A stretch of DNA of 63,790 bases, counting the filler, from Aduncisulcus paluster (taxonomy: Eukaryota): NCBI GenBank assembly GCA_024181965.1. It is 12 parts of 12 records of this genome, joined end to end, with 100 filler letters (N's around TTAATTAATTAA, not from the genome) between each part and the next. Parts side by side here need not be neighbours in the genome. Positions count along the whole stretch, not along the records: positions 1 to 9,073 come from BQXS01011345.1; positions 9,174 to 12,607 come from BQXS01011347.1; 10 more parts are not named here. One strand, 5' to 3'. The notes beneath the pieces were generated by a model. It saw only the letters and a list, made by a program, of their open reading frames with translations, had not been told where the DNA came from and did not search any database. Within the stretch, counting starts at the first letter, position 1. Each line of letters begins with the position of its first letter. Positions 1-10,470 of the stretch are shown here, one piece after another. Position numbers and translations under genes: made by a program.

Positions 1-1904
1 TCTTCTTCAATCAGTTTTTGCTTCCTTTCTTCTTCAGCTCTTTTGGCGTTTCTTTTCTGTTTCTCCTCTTCCTCCTCTGCAATATCTTCAGAGATAACCT
101 GTCCCTCTTCTTCGGTCGAACTTGACTCTACCACCTTCCGTTCTTCCTCCTTTTCTACACTTTCTTCTTCTTCCTCCTTCTCCTCCTCTTCCTCTTCTTT
201 CTCCTCTTCTTTCTCTTCTTCTTGATCATTCTCATCTTCTTGATCATTCTCCTCCTCTTCTTTTCCTTGCTGAGACTTGCCAACCTCCACACATACATAG
301 CTGCTCTTTCTATAACTTTCTCTCCGCTTACTATTTTTGACAATATTAACAACCGATTTCTTGAACGATTCAACTCCATTTTGACCCTCATCAAAGCTCA
401 GAAGTAAACAAGAATTCTCATGCATGTCTTTACCCATAATCTTACCCCTGGCACGAATATTCTCATAGGATTGCGGAAGAACAGAGAGACGAACAGTGTT
501 AGTTGACGAAGAGATTGAGAGTTTGTGGATCTCTGTATGGAATATCTCAACAATATCGTGAGGAATCACATCAGACGCCTCACCGTGACACTTGTACTTC
601 TCAACCTCAACAAAGAGAGACAAGGGGCTAATTAATAGTGATAAACACGTTCCACATTCGCCCTGACGGATTCCCTTGTCATCAGAAGTTATCTCTTTCA
701 CGTCGAAGAAAGAAGGAGAGAGAGAGAGAAGAGGAAGGGGTGGGAGAAGAGAAAGAGATTCAATGGCCTCGGATTTAGACATTTTCTTGTTTCCACTGGT
801 AAATAACTCTCTAAAGCCCTGCATCATGGCTTCCTCATGTGCATTAACATCTCCTTCGCCCTCAGAAATATCTCGAGATGTCCACCATTCACAGGATTGA
901 TTGAGCATCTGAGCGATAGTGGTGTTAAGCTCAACAATCACTTTTAACACACCTTTTCCGAAAGATGATACAGCAACTTGACTGAACAAGCGTTCAACGT
1001 TGGGGAAGGAATAGGGAGGAATGGAGAACAGTAAGGAGAGAGATGTATAGGGGGTAGTGAGAGAAGAAAAGCTAGAGGGAGAAAATTTCTTCTTCTTGAG
1101 ATTGGGGTTAGTTTTTATCGTACAACCACGACCTCCAAGACATCCATCCAAGGGAGAGACAACAGCACCATGTTCAAGCCGGAAAACAATTTCAAGGGCA
1201 CGAGCTTGCAGAATTACATCACAAGAACGGACTAAAATAAGGTGTAAACTGGCTAAAATAACAGCTGTTGCACTTGTAGCCGTGGCCAGATTCATTCGTA
1301 AGGTTTTGATAGAAACAGGAGGTTTCAGGAAGGCAAGAGCAACAAAAAGAGCATCTCTTCTACTGTTAAGCGAAAACCGTGAGTGAGCAGCAAGCCGAAG
1401 GAGTTGAGGAAAGGCAGTAGAGATCAACTGTTGCTTGTGCTGGGGGAACTCTGTAATACATGATGATATCAAGGAAATAAAAATACGGAGTGCCTCGGGA
1501 TCCAAAATTGAAGGTATCATTTGATCAATTGCCGTCAAAATGTGTCTAAGAAATGAAGATGGATCCAACAATACCTTTTTCGCAGAGCTTGAGGAAGAAC
1601 AAAAGATTGAGATAAGTTTGAATGTTCTATGAAAGAAAGAGGGAGAAGATAACTGTTGAACAAGCTGATCTTCAAGTTTTTTTGTTATTTTTGGGATTTT
1701 AGCTCCATTTGAAAAAGTTTTTATAAGTTTGGAAATTTGTTCGTCTTCATTCCCTTTTAAAATAGTAATTACCTTTAATAAAACAAAGAAAGAACAAATA
1801 GTGAGAAATGGGACGAAAATAAAAAGCAGACTCAAAACAATTGAGAGGAATAGAATTCAACCAAAGCAAAGATAGAGAACACATACATTCGTCGCAGTAA
1901 CCAT
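1..1904 (-). CDS. Spliced gene, 3'-truncated by the window edge: helical-repeat protein with acidic C-terminal region, possibly Rix1/PELP1-like
   Basis: Exon 1 1904-1887 (MVTATN), intron 1886-1773 (GTATGT...AAG, phase 0), exon 2 from 1772 in frame to position 1 (VITILKGNEDEQ...EEEKEEEE...KQKLIEE). Missing from the ORF track, consistent with having no stop inside the window. The family call is weak. Confidence 0.75.
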
Positions 1905-2216
1905 TTTAAATGATATTTAATATGGCTCTAGATTCTTGGCGAACAAAGACACAAGCAAAATGAAAAGCTTTTTCCAAATCAAAAAAACATTTTCCACCAA
2001 ACAATATTACCATCGTATTTAAATGAGACGCAAAAATTTGAATGTAAAAAACCTATTCTTCAATAAATACATATAATATGTTTTATGTAATTCATTTCCC
2101 ACCTTATACAGCGATCAAGAAACCATCGTTCGAATAGATAATCTTCAAATAGTAAAAACGCAATGATGGAAACAATAATAACAATTGATCCAATAATAAA
2201 TGCAATAAATAAATAT

Positions 2217-2534
2217 TTACGGCGATTCTTCATCCAAAATCATTTTGAGTTGCTTCATCCACAATTCTTCTTCTTTTCTTTCACTTTCAAGAAGATCAAT
2301 TATTTTAGCTTCTTTTTTCGTCAAATAGAGGGAAGTATCCTCCGGAAATGATGTGTCCTCGACATACAATGGAATTTTATCAAATTCCTGAGGATGCAAT
2401 CCATATTTCTCAATATAGTCAGAAATAGTTGTGTCTTTAACTGTTTTTTCTTCCACCGAATGTTTAGCTGTCGGTCCGGGAGTCAATGGGAGGTTAGATT
2501 GTGATTCATCAATAATTCGAGTACCAAGTGGCAT
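2217..2534 (-). CDS. Small hypothetical protein (105 aa); faint resemblance to APC13 (ESERKEEELW); may have a 3' intron adding LSIRTMVS
   Basis: ATG-started ORF with coding-like composition. The apparent stop lies inside CC|GTAAAT, followed by a T-rich tract ending GAAG. Confidence 0.55.
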   Translation of the reverse strand: MPLGTRIIDESQSNLPLTPGPTAKHSVEEKTVKDTTISDYIEKYGLHPQEFDKIPLYVEDTSFPEDTSLYLTKKEAKIIDLLESERKEEELWMKQLKMILDEESP

Positions 2535-3012
2535 AATAGAAGATTAATTGAATATAATAGGTTAATTGTTATTTTTAAATGAATTTTTAAATATGATTTT
2601 TGTCTATCTTCTTTGGAAGGGGACCAAAACACCAAAACACATTTTTTTTATTTTTTCGTTTTTTGGCCACCTTCCTATCCCCATTGTTAACCTTTATAAA
2701 ATGCTAAAAGTGAATCTTGTTATTTTATTTCTTTTTTCAATATATTTATCATCCATATTGTGTAGCTTAAGCTATCAAGTTTTTACGGTAAGTTGTGATA
2801 CTCCAACAGAGGAAATTATTCCTGTATTGGATGATACATTTTGCTTATCAGTTAAAATATACTCTTCAAATAATCTTTCTACAGGTACTGACAAAACACA
2901 ACATTACTCTTTAATGGNNNNNNNNNNNNNNNNNNNNAAAACACCAAAACACATTTTTTTTATTTTTTCGTTTTTTGGCCACCTTCCTATCCCCATTGTT
3001 AACCTTTATAAA

Positions 3013-5991
3013 ATGCTAAAAGTGAATCTTGTTATTTTATTTCTTTTTTCAATATATTTATCATCCATATTGTGTAGCTTAAGCTATCAAGTTTTTACGG
3101 TAAGTTGTGATACTCCAACAGAGGAAATTATTCCTGTATTGGATGATACATTTTGCTTATCAGTTAAAATATACTCTTCAAATAATCTTTCTACAGGTAC
3201 TGACAAAACACAACATTACTCTTTAATGGGGATAATTCCCGACATAATTAATCATTCTCCTGAACGATCTGCCAATTTAACAATCGATTCACTAACATAT
3301 CCAACGGATAATGAACTGTTTGTAAGTTCAGACCTTCCTGGAACTGAGACTGAAGAATGGCTCTTTCCTGTCACCGTATCCGCTCCACTGACAGCCATTC
3401 TGGAAGTTACACTGGCATCCACATCTTCATATATATCCATTGAACCATTATTCTTTGTTCTTGGTGTTAGTGGCATGATTATTGATAATGAGGGTATTTT
3501 CACTTGGCCCTATATTGGCTCTGGTGTCGATTCAATAGACCTCTCTGCGTATACTGGGAAATCTCACTTCGTGTCCGCCCCTCTGGATGCATCAATCAGT
3601 GCCCTATATCTCGATGATGTTCCATACTTATTTCTCAGTGCTACGTTATTTTCATCTGCTGAAGCTGCGACTGCAACAAAACCTAACCAAATAGAAGCCA
3701 TACTTCCCGATTTAACAGATTTTTCTGATCAATCATGTGGTGGAGCTGGTATGGATGTCATTATTGGAGTTGCTATTCTCAGTGAGGCTATTATCATTGG
3801 AACTGAAGATTATGGAGTAATCATGTTTTATGATGAAACTAAATCCTTGGTTAGTAAGCCCGATGTATGTTCGACGAAAGTATTTAATGGTTTCTCCATC
3901 CATCCAACAAATTCATACTCTGCTCCGCAACCCATTCTCTTTGAAAGCAAGAGCACTGTTAATTCTGCAACCCAATACAATGTCGCTGGCTGCATATCTC
4001 AGGCTCTTAATGCAGATTCCTCCAAAGTTGATGTTACTTCCTGTTCTTCTGAGACAATTAAGAATTACGATGCTCTTGGTGATGCCACGGCTTCTGATGA
4101 AGCCCAGCTGGCAGGTCCTATATTAGATTCAGATGGGTTTACTGTTACTGATCGATTTGATGATGATGGTTCAATTTCTGGTACTATGCGTGTCGTTTCT
4201 GCTGTTGCTCCACAATGGTTCCATACCGCCAAGATCGTATCCATTTGTGAAGATGACAATGGTTACCGTGTTTATACTTTGTTGTGGGATAAGGATGCAG
4301 AAACAACAGAATGGGATCTAGCCTTCACTTTCCCTTGGGATCTTCCAACTCCTTCTGACACCCATATCTTTGCCAATGACACTTCTGTGATAGTTCCTTT
4401 CTCCACTCCAGCAGAAACTCTCGCTGAAAAGGGTGCTGATGTGACAAAACCATTTACCATTCTTGGGATATTCACCACTTTGTCTCCTACTCAAATTCTG
4501 TATCTTGTGACAGATTCGTGTGTTCTTGTATCTGATTCGTACGGGTATTCTTGGCGAGTTCAGATGTGCATCGACGACGAGATCATTGATGCCATCGCTT
4601 CTTCTTCAGATTCTCTCGTTATATTGGCTAATTCTGGGGAGCGATATAGGGTATTTCCGAAGGCTCATACCCAAGGAGTGAGTACGAATTACTCGATTGA
4701 TTTGGATACATCTGTTACCAGTCTTATAGCCATGCCCAACAACGATTATCGGATTGTCTCCATTTCAAAGGGATCTGGAGATATTCATGACCTATTAAGT
4801 GTATCCGACGGGTTAAACAAGGAAGATTATGTTTTAATGAGTTATTTGGGTGGCGATTGTGAGATTACTTCGGTTGAACATCACTTCGAGGTGACTTCTT
4901 CAATTACTCGAATCAAACATCCATATTCATATGCATCTGGAAGCTTAATAGAGGATGATTCCTTACCTCGTCGCATTGTCCTTGATAAGAATGAGAGCTT
5001 TTCCTTCACTGTTGTTCTCTCTACCGCTTCAGCACAGCAAGAAGTACCTCATATCTCTGTTCTTTCCCATGATCCTGAGTTTATTGATGTTACAGTATCC
5101 ATGTCCTCAGAGCTGATTGCCATTGGAAAACAATACATTTATGAGGTCACAATCACTGAGTGTTCTGATCTCGACCTTTTATTGGGCAGTGGTGAAGATA
5201 TGTTCGCCACATCTGTCACAATTGGAATTGACAAGGCGTGTTTCTCGTATTATTATATTGAAGATAATTATACGGAATTCTTGAGTATGTTTACTATTCC
5301 TGTTATTATTGGTTGCCCTTCTTCTCTTGCTCTTGAGTTTGATGCCGAGACCTCTGGTGAAAAGTATCCAGCAAGTCTGCCCGAGGAAGGCATTCCTTCA
5401 TTTGCATTTGAAGATGATTTTTATCCCGTTTTCAATATTGTTGACAGTGTTGTTGGCACGTATGAGCTTTACACTGGAAATTATACTTTTACTATCATTG
5501 GCTCTGGGTCTTATGAAGATACTGTTGAATTATTCAGTGACGATGATAGAACTCAAATCAACCAAGCTACTTTCTCTCCTCTCGATAACTCCGTTACAAT
5601 GAACTCAGATAACCGTCTTGTCTTCAATTATGACACTTGTAGCATTGGATGGGCCTGTTTAAATGGATCTACATGTTATAATACCATTCCTAGGAAGATG
5701 GGTGAGAGTCCTGCACTTATCCTGAGGGTATTTGTTGAGACAAATGATGGAGAAAGTTATTGTAAACTCTCTCAAACCTTTGATATTCGATTATATGGAA
5801 CAAGATTTGAGTTTGTTTGGGCTGGATCATTTGCTGGTGGTACTCTAGCCATTTTATGTATTATTGTTGTGATCGCAGGGATAATAAGTTATCACAAATC
5901 TCAGCGAACGAAAGCAATTCCTGACGGGTTCGTGCGAAGAGTTGATAAAAACAACAAAGAACAGAATGTTCAAGTCATTATTTCAAAATAG
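3013..5991 (+). CDS. CATSPERG: CatSper channel auxiliary subunit gamma-like type I membrane protein (~992 aa)
   Basis: Signal peptide MLKVNLVILFLFSIYLSSILC, large ectodomain and one C-terminal TM. Motifs LPRRIVLDKNESFSF, IIGCP, FEDDFYPVFNIVD, YTFTIIGSG, IGWACLNGSTCYNTIP and SYCKLSQTFDIRLYG are collinear with the CATSPERG C-terminal half as recalled. The track ORF is inflated by a duplicated gap flank. Confidence 0.8.
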   Translation: MLKVNLVILFLFSIYLSSILCSLSYQVFTVSCDTPTEEIIPVLDDTFCLSVKIYSSNNLSTGTDKTQHYSLMGIIPDIINHSPERSANLTIDSLTYPTDNELFVSSDLPGTETEEWLFPVTVSAPLTAILEVTLASTSSYISIEPLFFVLGVSGMIIDNEGIFTWPYIGSGVDSIDLSAYTGKSHFVSAPLDASISALYLDDVPYLFLSATLFSSAEAATATKPNQIEAILPDLTDFSDQSCGGAGMDVIIGVAILSEAIIIGTEDYGVIMFYDETKSLVSKPDVCSTKVFNGFSIHPTNSYSAPQPILFESKSTVNSATQYNVAGCISQALNADSSKVDVTSCSSETIKNYDALGDATASDEAQLAGPILDSDGFTVTDRFDDDGSISGTMRVVSAVAPQWFHTAKIVSICEDDNGYRVYTLLWDKDAETTEWDLAFTFPWDLPTPSDTHIFANDTSVIVPFSTPAETLAEKGADVTKPFTILGIFTTLSPTQILYLVTDSCVLVSDSYGYSWRVQMCIDDEIIDAIASSSDSLVILANSGERYRVFPKAHTQGVSTNYSIDLDTSVTSLIAMPNNDYRIVSISKGSGDIHDLLSVSDGLNKEDYVLMSYLGGDCEITSVEHHFEVTSSITRIKHPYSYASGSLIEDDSLPRRIVLDKNESFSFTVVLSTASAQQEVPHISVLSHDPEFIDVTVSMSSELIAIGKQYIYEVTITECSDLDLLLGSGEDMFATSVTIGIDKACFSYYYIEDNYTEFLSMFTIPVIIGCPSSLALEFDAETSGEKYPASLPEEGIPSFAFEDDFYPVFNIVDSVVGTYELYTGNYTFTIIGSGSYEDTVELFSDDDRTQINQATFSPLDNSVTMNSDNRLVFNYDTCSIGWACLNGSTCYNTIPRKMGESPALILRVFVETNDGESYCKLSQTFDIRLYGTRFEFVWAGSFAGGTLAILCIIVVIAGIISYHKSQRTKAIPDGFVRRVDKNNKEQNVQVIISK

Positions 5992-6626
5992 TTTCACAGT
6001 TTTTACATCTATTTTATATTCACGTACAGTTGTACAATCATTGTAAGCTTGGTGCTTGATCGTGATAAAGAATTTTGTTCCTCCAACTCCCGATGGATGT
6101 CTGTTCCCAACTTGATGTTTTGGAATATATGAATCGCTAAAAAAAACGTATTTTTTAGGAGTTTTATTTGGGGGAGGGGCTCATCTAGCCCTGTTCTTGA
6201 CCTTAAGCAATGATCATTTATTTTTCACCCTGTATTATTTCATTTCGAGGCGGCAATATATGACGGAGCCACTTTTGTGCTTCGTACTATCTGCTTCAAG
6301 AAGATCTTCAAGTTGAAGTGGATCGGATTGGTTGGTGGGAGTCGGAAATAATAAAATGAATTTTTTCGAGTGTCAAATTCACACATAGATAATATAAATA
6401 TTAAGAAATAGATTAAATATATTAATAATATCTTCGTGGGCAAAAATTCCAACTTGGAAGATTGAATCTTCTTTCTAATAAAAAACTATTTTGGATCAAA
6501 AAAATAAAAATTTCTCTTTATATTAAAATAGATTATTCGGAATCCTTTCTAATTAGTACGTATCTTCAACTTTTCCCTTCTTCCAACTTTTTCTTTTTGA
6601 TTTCCTTACGATTACTTCAAGAAAAG

Positions 6627-9073
6627 ATGCAATTCTTTAACCTTTTTATTGTCTTTTGCTTAAGTTTCGTTATTTTCTGTTCGGCTGCTCCCGTTGAGTC
6701 CTCCTTCGAGTGTGACCTTTGTGAGTTCCTTGTGACCGAGCTTGAGGAGCGTTTCCTTCCTTCCATGACCGAAGAGGAATTCATTGCCGAGTTCGACAGT
6801 CTTTGTGACGAGATCCCTACTTTCTTTGCCATTGCTTGCAAGGCCGAGGTCGATCAGTATGGACCAACCATCTACCAAGACCTTCAGAATGGTTTGGAGC
6901 CTGACACCATCTGTGATGAGATCCACATGTGCCACGAGTCTTTGGTTGCCCCCGTTGAGGGTTCTGTTGAGTGCATTGCCTGTAAACAAATTGTTCAAAC
7001 CATCGAGGACAAATATGTTGACGGTATGCTTTACGATGACCTTTACGACCTTGTGATCGAGGAATGTGACAAGCTCCCAGAATGGATTGCCGTCGTGTGC
7101 GATTCTGAGGTTGATTACTACCTCCCACAGATGTGGACTATGCTTGTTGATGATCACATTGAGCCCCAAGAAATGTGTGCTCTTCTTGGTCAATGCAAGA
7201 AGTCTGCTGCCCCCAAGGGCAATGACGTCACATGTGAAGTGTGCGAGATCATTGTTGATGCTGTTGAGGACGCCTGGTTACCCAACATCACCTACCAAGA
7301 ACTCTACAACACTATCATGAACGACACTTGCCGTAAGCTCCCTCACGTCCTTGAGATTGCTTGTCAAGCCGAGGTTGATGAGTACTTGCCCGAGATCTAC
7401 TCCATGATGCAGAATGCTGTTGCCCCCAGCACTATCTGTGGTTTACTCACCCTCTGTAAGTCAGCTGCTGCTCCTGTTGAGTCCTCCTTCGAGTGTGACC
7501 TTTGTGAGTTCCTTGTGACCGAGCTTGAGGAGCGTTTCCTTCCTTCCATGACCGAAGAGGAATTCATTGCCGAGTTCGACAGTCTTTGTGACGAGATCCC
7601 TACTTTCTTTGCCATTGCTTGCAAGGCCGAGGTCGATCAGTATGGACCAACCATCTACCAAGACCTTCAGAATGGTTTGGAGCCTGACACCATCTGTGAT
7701 GAGATCCACATGTGCCACGAGTCTTTGGTTGAAGTTGTCAACGGAGACACCGAATGTACTCTTTGTAACTACATTGTTGCTTATGCTGAGAGTAAGTTCC
7801 TTCCTGAGATGTCATTAGAAGACTTTTTGGAGATCTTTGAGGGATTCTGAGAAGGTTACCTTCCTTCCTTCTTGGTTCCTGTGTGTGATACTCTCGTTGA
7901 CACTTATGCCANNNNNNNNNNNNNNNNNNNNATGAGATCCACATGTGCCACGAGTCTTTGGTTGAAGTTGTCAACGGAGACACCGAATGTACTCTTTGTA
8001 ACTACATTGTTGCTTATGCTGAGAGTAAGTTCCTTCCTGAGATGTCATTAGAAGACTTTTTGGAGATCTTTGAGGGATTCTGTGAAGGTTACCTTCCTTC
8101 CTTCTTGGTTCCTGTGTGTGATACTCTCGTTGACACTTATGCCACTGAGATCTACGAATGGTTGCAAAAAGAAGAAGATCCTTCTCACATCTGTGGTTTG
8201 ATTGATTTATGCAAAACTGCCTCAAAATTCTATTTAGCTGACAATGGAAGTGTTGGATGTGATGTTTGCGAGGTTATTGTCGACGCTGTTGAGGAGGCCT
8301 GGTTCCCTAATATCACTTATGAAGAGATCTATGATATTATCATGAACGACACTTGCCGTCGCTTGCCAACCTTCCTTGAGGTTGCCTGCCAAGCTGAAAT
8401 TGATGAGTATTTGCCCCAAATTTATGATATGATGAAGAATGCTATTGCTCCCGAGACTATCTGTCACCTTCTCGATCTTTGTGCGGACGCTTATATTCTT
8501 GTACGTCGCCAACCTCGTGAAGCTCCCGTTGAGTCCTCCTTCGAGTGTGACCTTTGTGAGTTCCTTGTGACCGAGCTTGAGGAGCGTTTCCTTCCTTCCA
8601 TGACCGAAGAGGAATTCATTGCCGAGTTCGACAGTCTTTGTGACGAGATCCCTACTTTCTTTGCCATTGCTTGCAAGGCCGAGGTCGATCAGTATGGACC
8701 AACCATCTACCAAGACCTTCAGAACGATTTGGAGCCTGACACCATCTGTGATGGAATCCACATGTGCCACGAGTCTTTGGTTGCCCCCGTTGAGGGTTCT
8801 GTTGAGTGCATTGCCTGTAAACAAATTGTTCAAACCATCGAGGACAAATATGTTGACGGTATGCTTTACGATGACCTTTACGACCTTGTGATCGAGGAAT
8901 GTGACAAGCTCCCAGAATGGATTGCCGTCGTGTGCGATTCTGAGGTTGATTACTACCTCCCACAGATGTGGACTATGCTTGTTGATGATCACATTGAGCC
9001 CCAAGAAATGTGTGCTCTTCTTGGTCAATGCAAGAAGTCTGCTGCCCCCAAGGGCAATGACGTCACATGTGAA
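6627..9073 (+). CDS. Multi-saposin-B (prosaposin/SAPLIP-like) polyprotein, at least 9 domains, 3'-truncated
   Basis: Signal peptide followed by repeated CxxC...C...C...PxxICxxIxxC units. The break at 7848-7931 is an assembly gap with a duplicated flank. Confidence 0.9.
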
Positions 9074-9173
9074 NNNNNNNNNNNNNNNNNNNNNNNNNNN
9101 NNNNNNNNNNNNNNNNNTTAATTAATTAANNNNNNNNNNNNNNNNNNNNNNNNNNNNNNNNNNNNNNNNNNNN
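9074..9173. other. Artificial contig linker (N + TTAATTAATTAA + N); also at 12608-12707, 17254-17353, 20532-20631, 36959-37058, 43669-43768, 46924-47023, 50186-50285, 54219-54318, 57602-57701, 61163-61262
   Basis: Identical 100-nt design with stops in all six frames; genes are cut at the linkers. Confidence 0.98.
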
Positions 9174-9379
9174 CATATACACAGTCACATCACCAACAAA
9201 ATTGACTCACATCAAAAGTACACAGATGAACACATTCAACCATACGTATGACACACTCTTACCATCATATTACCGAAAATAGCCTCAATAGTAGAGATTC
9301 AGATGATACTATACAACTTCACGACTTGACATGATCATTCAACATCATCACTTCCAAACATCTTCATACACATGATCGC

Positions 9380-9605
9380 AACTAAACACAAATTAAACAC
9401 ACAAACATACCGTTTTACTATACACTTTACGACAAATATGACATCCATTCAAATCATCGCTCAAGGTTTCACACACTTTTCACACAAAAGCATCTGTCTT
9501 GAAAACATCTTCACTCATGATCACACACAAAACACACACAAACAAAACAAAAAACACACACAGCACACACAACACACAAAATAACACACAGCACGTGCAA
9601 ACAAG
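9380..9605 (+). repeat. CA/ACAC-rich low-complexity tract
   Basis: e.g. cacacaaaacacacacaaacaaaacaaaaaacacacacagcacacacaacacac. Confidence 0.8.
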
Positions 9606-10470
9606 CAAGGGGCTAGGGAAATTGTGTGAGGAGATAGAAAACAATCTATGTTGGACATATAGTTTTGAATTGAAATTTTTTTCATATTTGAAATGTTAAT
9701 GGCCAGATTACATAAGGCATCATGTATCGACATTATATCCATAATAAATAATTTTTTCTTCTGGATGCAACTCTGATGGTATATCAAAAGTGAAATCTGT
9801 CCTCTCACCAACTCCTTGATATCGGGATGATGAAAAAGATAAATATCATTTATATGCAAGTAGTTATGTATTACATTGATATCCATCATCATTTGTTTTC
9901 AATCTCTCAAACATCCCAGTGAAGTGTGGATATTCACTTGTATTTGCCCTGTTATACAACATAATGCGAGAATAAAAATCAAGAATATTCTGATTGTATT
10001 GCTCTCACATAGACCTTCTCATCCCTTGAGTCTCGAAATATTCTCAAATGATCTATTTTTAGCACAGATTCGAAGTTTGATATTCCTGTTTTTCTTTGCA
10101 ATCAAAAAAAAAGTATGTAATTGAAGCCTGTTTGTTATCTTTTTTCAGTGTTATGACCTCCTAACCCGGTTTTATTATATTTTCATCCTATTATACTCTG
10201 GCTGGTGTGGTTTTTATTCTTTTTTATAACCCTTTTTCTTTTCCTATACGATTTTTTAACCGACTGCTAAATGCTTTCAATTTTTTTTTGCATATATTTA
10301 TATTTGTTCCTACACTATTGTTATTTATATTTATAATATTATTTTCTTTCTTTGCTTTCTTTTTCATACTTATTTTTCCAAAAATTTCCAAATATTTTTT
10401 CTTTAATTTTATACTTTTTACTTCAATTTTTTCATATTTAACACTTTTCTTCGCACGTATTCAAATTAGA

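Noticed and set aside
2626-3229. Tandem duplications around 20-N gaps (2626-2917/2938-3229; 7699-7911/7932-8144; 23396-23591/23612-23807; 29529-29809/29830-30110)
   Set aside because: Near-identical flanks on both sides of fixed-size gaps are unmerged contig overlaps.
7848-7850. TGA at a conserved saposin Cys (selenocysteine or recoding?)
   Set aside because: The overlapping duplicate has TGT at 8081-8083; most likely a contig-end miscall.
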